A DNA stretch of 54,488 bases, the filler included, from Sphacelaria rigidula (Eukaryota): assembly GCA_964200075.2 (NCBI GenBank). It is 3 parts of 3 records of this genome, joined end to end, with 100 filler letters (N's around TTAATTAATTAA, not from the genome) between each part and the next. Parts side by side here need not be neighbours in the genome. Positions count along the whole stretch, not along the records: positions 36,395 to 54,488 come from CAXNAA020000921.1; 2 more parts are not named here. The stretch is one strand, 5' to 3'. Positions 49,586 through 54,488 of this stretch are shown piece after piece. A program made the translations under genes and the position numbers. How positions within the stretch are numbered: the stretch's first letter is position 1; each line of letters starts with the position of its first letter. Under the pieces are notes generated by a model that saw only the letters and a program-made list of their open reading frames with translations, was not told the DNA's origin and did not search any database.

Positions 49586-52500
49586 GGAACTGTTTTTTAA
49601 TTTTTATTTGGTATTTCAGGGTTGGGGGGTACTGTATACATCGTTTTTTGCCCTCCCCCAAAACAAGAAAAATTACCACCGCGAACGAATTCGATCGAAT
49701 CAGTTCCGCCGCGATATTATATTTGAATTTTTTTTTTTGCTTGAGGCACGATCTCAAGCAGAACGGAAGTGAACCCGAGATTGATCGGCAAAAATTATGC
49801 AAGGGTCGCGGATATCACGGCTGGTTCGAATAACCATATGTCCGATTTGTTAGGCCTGATGACTCGATAAACGGAGTTTTTTTTTTACCGCGCGTAAAAA
49901 GAAGTCTTTACGACAAAAGAGAACTGTCTCTTTTACCAGAATGAAAGCAGGTCGGAATCGTGCTGTACAAACACCTTGAAAATAATGCGGGGGGATTTTT
50001 CTGAGGATGGGTGGGGGGTCACACATGACAAAAATAGGTTACCACTTGGGTGGCAAAACTCTACTGCACATCACACCCGGAGAGTGTAATCGCGCTTTTA
50101 TTTCGGAGATACTTCGATGCTTTTTCATGAATGGACGGCATTGGAAAGACAAGCCTACGTATGTGACTACGGGTTCGAGAAATCAGACTGATGTACGGCA
50201 ATGATAATAATGACAACAGCAATATAAACAATGATGATGACGAAGGTTCCCGAGGTTCATCCTCGATAAAATAGTCCATCCTCATTTTTCAAAATTCCGC
50301 ATTTGTTCCACGCTCCTAGGTGTGGAGCAACATTGAAGCCGAAGCTCGAGGATTGATTCGAACGGTACCCATAAATTACACTATTATAATATTAATCGCA
50401 AGTAGTTTTCAGAGCAGTTACCTCTCGTGCGACTCTCGGAAGAAATAATTGCTCTACTATGGTGGATTACGAGAAAAAAATACTAATGGAATAGACTATT
50501 CTTTGACCAAAATAGTGAGCATCATCCGGTGCGGCAAAGGCTACAAAACTATTCGTCTTCTCCCCAAATTTAGAGACCGTTACAACGAACGCGCGAACGC
50601 GCAATCGGAGAATGACCGCACAGACGAGCACAGAGCAGATGAAATCACGATTTTTTTTCCCTGAAGAACTAAAGAGAAGACAGTACAGTACAGTCGGTAC
50701 GCTGATGAGAAGAGTCTTGGCTTTTTCTGTCGCCGAAGCACGGAATGCTCTATTGGTTTTCGCAATATTTTTGCAAGCAGTTCCACGCCAACCAAACGAA
50801 CTACGGTGATGGCTGACGGCGAGAACGAGCCGAACGCCGCATAAAAAACATTGACGTTGACCCTTGGACCGCGAGGGTAGTCCATCTGGATTATGGTCAA
50901 AATTACAAGTGAAAGTGATGCCTACTCAACAGATGAATTACTCTCGCGTCGAAGGGTTGAAAACAAACTGCTATAATTAATGAATGTCACGGCGGCGAGA
51001 AATTTCAATTTGTTCGGCCGTTTCGTACTGTTCCCAGAATGCTTCTCGCAACAAAAAAAAGAAGAGGAATATTTCGTTCTACTCGAAAACTTGTGATGGG
51101 AAAAATTCCGACCCTTAGTTAGACCGCTTGTTGTGGATATGAAATGCAATGCCTCGGATATATCTCAAAACCCTTGGCACTGAACCCACAGATGAGGGCA
51201 AGAATTATGAGTTGCAAGGTTTCTCGACCAATCAGAGTCTTCAAATATACCAATATGCGGCGACCTTTCTTCAATTAGATAAGAGATATGAGAGGGAGGT
51301 ATATCAAAAAGCAGCTATGATTGGTTTACACATTGCGCCGCTGCGATACAGACAGCTGCTACCGGCAATAAACGAGGATACAGCAGCTCCGTGCTGGCTC
51401 AGTTTGTCCCAACCTGCACGCACCCGCCTGGCGTGTCTTCCCCGATCACAGCCCCCGACTATAACTGAAGTAGCAGAAGAGACTCAACAGACAGCTGTAC
51501 AGCCGTCAAGTGACGATTGTTCCAACCTTTCTTTGTTTCGGCAGCACCTTGATCCCACGCCAATTCTGTCCAGCCCGAAACACGGCATGCAGCAGTGCAA
51601 CTGCTTAGGCACCGTTCAATGCACATTGCACCGTCATCGTCGAAGAGCGTTTGGATGCCTGACAGCACAGCGAGAACTACAGCACAGAAATGATGGGCAT
51701 GCTATGAACGAATCAACGGTGTGTAGAGAGCACTGCGTGCCGACAAGATTATTTTTGATGGAGACGAACGGAATGACAATATAAAGCAACTCAGGCACTC
51801 CTAGCGGAGATCAAACCGTCTTCACGAAGGCCTGAAGTCGCCACAGCGCAGCGACAGCTACAGCACACAAGACAGAGCATGAATGTGTTTGTGCTGCAGC
51901 ACAGTGGTACAGGAACATGTCCCATTCGGTAGTTATTCCCCTGATTTCGGGTGGGTCCTCGATTTTTACCCAGTGGCGATTTTCAAACGCTCGGCCATAA
52001 TCGAGCTTCGCGCGAAGATATTTTACTTCACTTTGAGTTCCCCCCATCTGTGGGAGGTGAGCCAAATCCTTTGACCGCGAAGGGGCAGGTCATCCGGGCA
52101 TGCAACTTTTTTTTTAAAGTGAAAACTGATGCTCAGTCATCGGATGACCTATGCTCGCGGTCAGAGGATCAAAGAAAAACGCCCATTCTGGCGATTCGGA
52201 TATCTTTTCTGTTGGTTGTTGTCTTATTCTTGGTGGATGGTACCTTAACCCTTGTAGAAGCGATGATGAAGAAATGACGATTTACAAATGACGTTTTCGC
52301 GGGCAAGATATGGCTGTTTTTCTGCAACGGTGCATGATGCAGCCTTCCAAAACGGTGCGCCACTCTAAGTTCGAGTATACTAATATGACGGATTCGTGCA
52401 CCGAACTGGAGGTGACGTTTTTCCGATGACGGAAGCTCGCATATGGGAGTTCATACCTTTTTTAGCGAGTTCCAAAAGGGTTTTTTATCGTGAAAAAAAC

Positions 52501-52757
52501 GGTATACTTCCTCTGTCCCATAAGTAAAGGTACCTAGATTTATACGGGCCCTTAACGATGTCCGATCGCTTTTTTTTTTCTTTGTGATGTGATGAACTAA
52601 CTGTACGGTGTTTTTGGGGTTGAAAAAGTGTGTTTAAAATTTGCAGCTCGTGCTTGAACCATGCCGCCGAACGGCTGCAAAAAAAGTAGTCGGCCCCAAA
52701 ATCGCCGTTTTTTGCCCCTTCCCGGGCCAGGTTGTGGCGCGTGGTCTGTTGTGTGCT

Positions 52758-53054
52758 ATGGGGTCCAGCGGTGGGGTGGTGAGAACTTGTACCTCATGTG
52801 GAGGTACCATCGTATCATCGAGTCACCAAATCAGGTCACTAGATGAGCCAGAAACCATGTATAGGACATGTACGAGGTGCGGTCCAGTGTCTGAGGTATT
52901 GCGGATAAGGGATGCTAGGAGTGTAAGAACAGTTGGAAACACCCTCAGCTTACACAGGCCCATTAGCCCACTGGCCCACTGGATTGGCTGGATAGTTGGT
53001 CTGAAACCTGACTACCCTAGACAACGGCACCCTACTTCTAATGGGCCTGTGTAA
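52758..53054 (+). CDS. Small ORF or gene fragment with a TFIIS-C/RPA12/RPC11-type zinc ribbon (left arm); expression unknown
   Basis: CTSC-x23-CTRC enclosing QIRSLDEPETMY; no introns. Confidence 0.5.
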   Translation: MGSSGGVVRTCTSCGGTIVSSSHQIRSLDEPETMYRTCTRCGPVSEVLRIRDARSVRTVGNTLSLHRPISPLAHWIGWIVGLKPDYPRQRHPTSNGPV

Positions 53055-53246
53055 GCTGAGGGTGTTTCCAACTGTTCTTACACTCCTAGCATCCCTTGTC
53101 CGCAATACCTCAGACACTGGACCGCACCTCGTACATGTCCTATACATGGTTTCTGGCTCATCTGGTGACCTGCTTTGGTGACTCGATGATACGATGGTAC
53201 CTCCACATAGGGTACAAGTTCCCACCACCCCACCGCTGGACCCCAT
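52950..53246 (-). CDS. Mirror copy of the TFIIS-type zinc-ribbon ORF (right arm); expression unknown
   Basis: CTLC-x23-CTRC enclosing QSRSPDEPETMY. Confidence 0.5.
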   Translation of the reverse strand: MGSSGGVVGTCTLCGGTIVSSSHQSRSPDEPETMYRTCTRCGPVSEVLRTRDARSVRTVGNTLSLHRPIRSRVPLSRVVRFQTNYPANPVGQWANGPV

Positions 53247-53924
53247 AGCACACAACAGACCACGCGCCACAACTTGACCCATGTCGATTTTTTTCCACTC
53301 GGGAAGGGGCGAAAAACGGTCATTTTTGGGCCGACTACTTTTTTTGCAGCCGTTCGGCGGCATGGTTCAAGCACGAGCTGCAAATTTTAAACACATTTTT
53401 TTAACCCAAAAAACACCGTAGAGTTCATTGAAGAAAGAACGATCGGACATGAAGGGCCCGTACAATTTTAGGTGCCTTTACTTATGGGACAGAGGAAGTA
53501 TCGTACTCTCTCTGACAGGATTTCGTTGTCCAGCATACTTTCCACATCTGTCGTGTACCTCACATTAGCCCGCTTTTCTTTAGAAGCCGCGGTGACAGAT
53601 GTAGGCGCGCATTTCTGATGCCGTCAAGATGACCTTTAACATTAAGATACGCAGAGGCGCTCTCATTGCGCGAGCGGCTTCTTTTGAGAGCCCTGAAACA
53701 AAATAAACATTAAAAAACACGTTTGCAGCTGTTTGTTCCGAAATCGCTCGGCATAAAAACTTACACTCTATTCATGTAGGGGAAGTGCAGAATTACTTCG
53801 GGTCAAGCCTTTTCGAACGAGGATGTCATCACAGAATAGGATCCTCACCGTAATTTTTACTCGCATCGGGATCGACGTATCCTCAGGCGGTTGATCAAAT
53901 TTGGAATAGTTTTTTTGGCGGGGG

Positions 53925-54245
53925 GAGGGGGGTGTACCCATGATCATGCATGCCAAAGTCATACGACCTTTGACCTCACATCCCTACAGAGCCGGGACGG
54001 ACCACGCCGGGTTTTCGCCGGACCGGGCTCGCCATGAATCACCAAGCGCGAAGCACCGTGCATGTGTTCGGCTAGTCGAATGAAGGGCGACCTGCATCCT
54101 GCGAAGATTGTTTGGCCCAAAGCGCGCACTGATTTCCTTGCATATGGATGACAGCCTACAATGAATTGCTTTCTTTTTTGGTATCGCCACTTCCAGGGAA
54201 AGCCACGGCTTACACGCTGCCTCATGGATGGTGAGACAGACATCA
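53925..54245 (+). repeat. Interspersed repeat family 3
   Basis: Colinear similarity with 13885-14195. Confidence 0.7.
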
Positions 54246-54368
54246 GAGTGGTGGGAGTCTCATATCAAGTGTATGGAGGCGGAGCATCTCAAGAAAAGAA
54301 AAAAAAGAAGGAAATAAATGACTTGCTTGCTCATCGTCAGGATGGTGTAATCGAACAACCCACACACG

Positions 54369-54415
54369 TTATTATGATTATGATTATGATTGTGATGATG
54401 ATTATTATTGTTATG

Positions 54416-54488
<73 letters not shown>
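54369..54488. repeat. (ATT/GAT)/(TAC)n/(TAT)n microsatellite at the contig end
   Basis: Direct reading. Confidence 0.95.

Larger units (their letters stand above)
52507..53498. mobile_element. ~1-kb palindromic (foldback) element with Stowaway/Tc1-mariner-like ends and coding cargo
   Basis: TA|cttcctctgtcccataagtaaagg … cctttacttatgggacagaggaag|TA; arms 52507-52966 and 53038-53498, spacer 71 nt. Confidence 0.85.

Noticed and set aside
51149-51784. 211-aa ORF
   Set aside because: No recognisable motif or supporting splice structure; cannot be called a gene from sequence alone

Overview
Eukaryotic, intron-rich genomic DNA. The gene style, flagellar genes and TTAGGG-type repeats suggest a stramenopile, probably a brown alga (inference). 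The window is very likely three unlinked contigs (1-18098, 18199-36294, 36395-54488; lengths 18098/18096/18094) joined by 100-nt N-TTAATTAATTAA-N linkers. Contig A holds the 3' seven exons of a PA-domain protein gene (+). Its introns carry two oppositely oriented hAT-type non-autonomous elements and several tRNA-derived SINEs. Contig B holds 12 phase-consistent exons of a TOG-array crescerin/TOGARAM-like gene (-), with one GC-AG intron and several intronic foldback MITEs. Contig C holds the first three exons of DNAAF5/HEATR2 (-), head-to-head with a RING/TRAF-zinc-finger/coiled-coil gene (+). The most unusual object is a ~1-kb Stowaway/mariner-ended palindrome (52507-53498). Each of its arms encodes a TFIIS/RPA12/RPC11-type zinc ribbon with an intact QxRSxDEP motif. 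All calls were made by eye, with no database searches.
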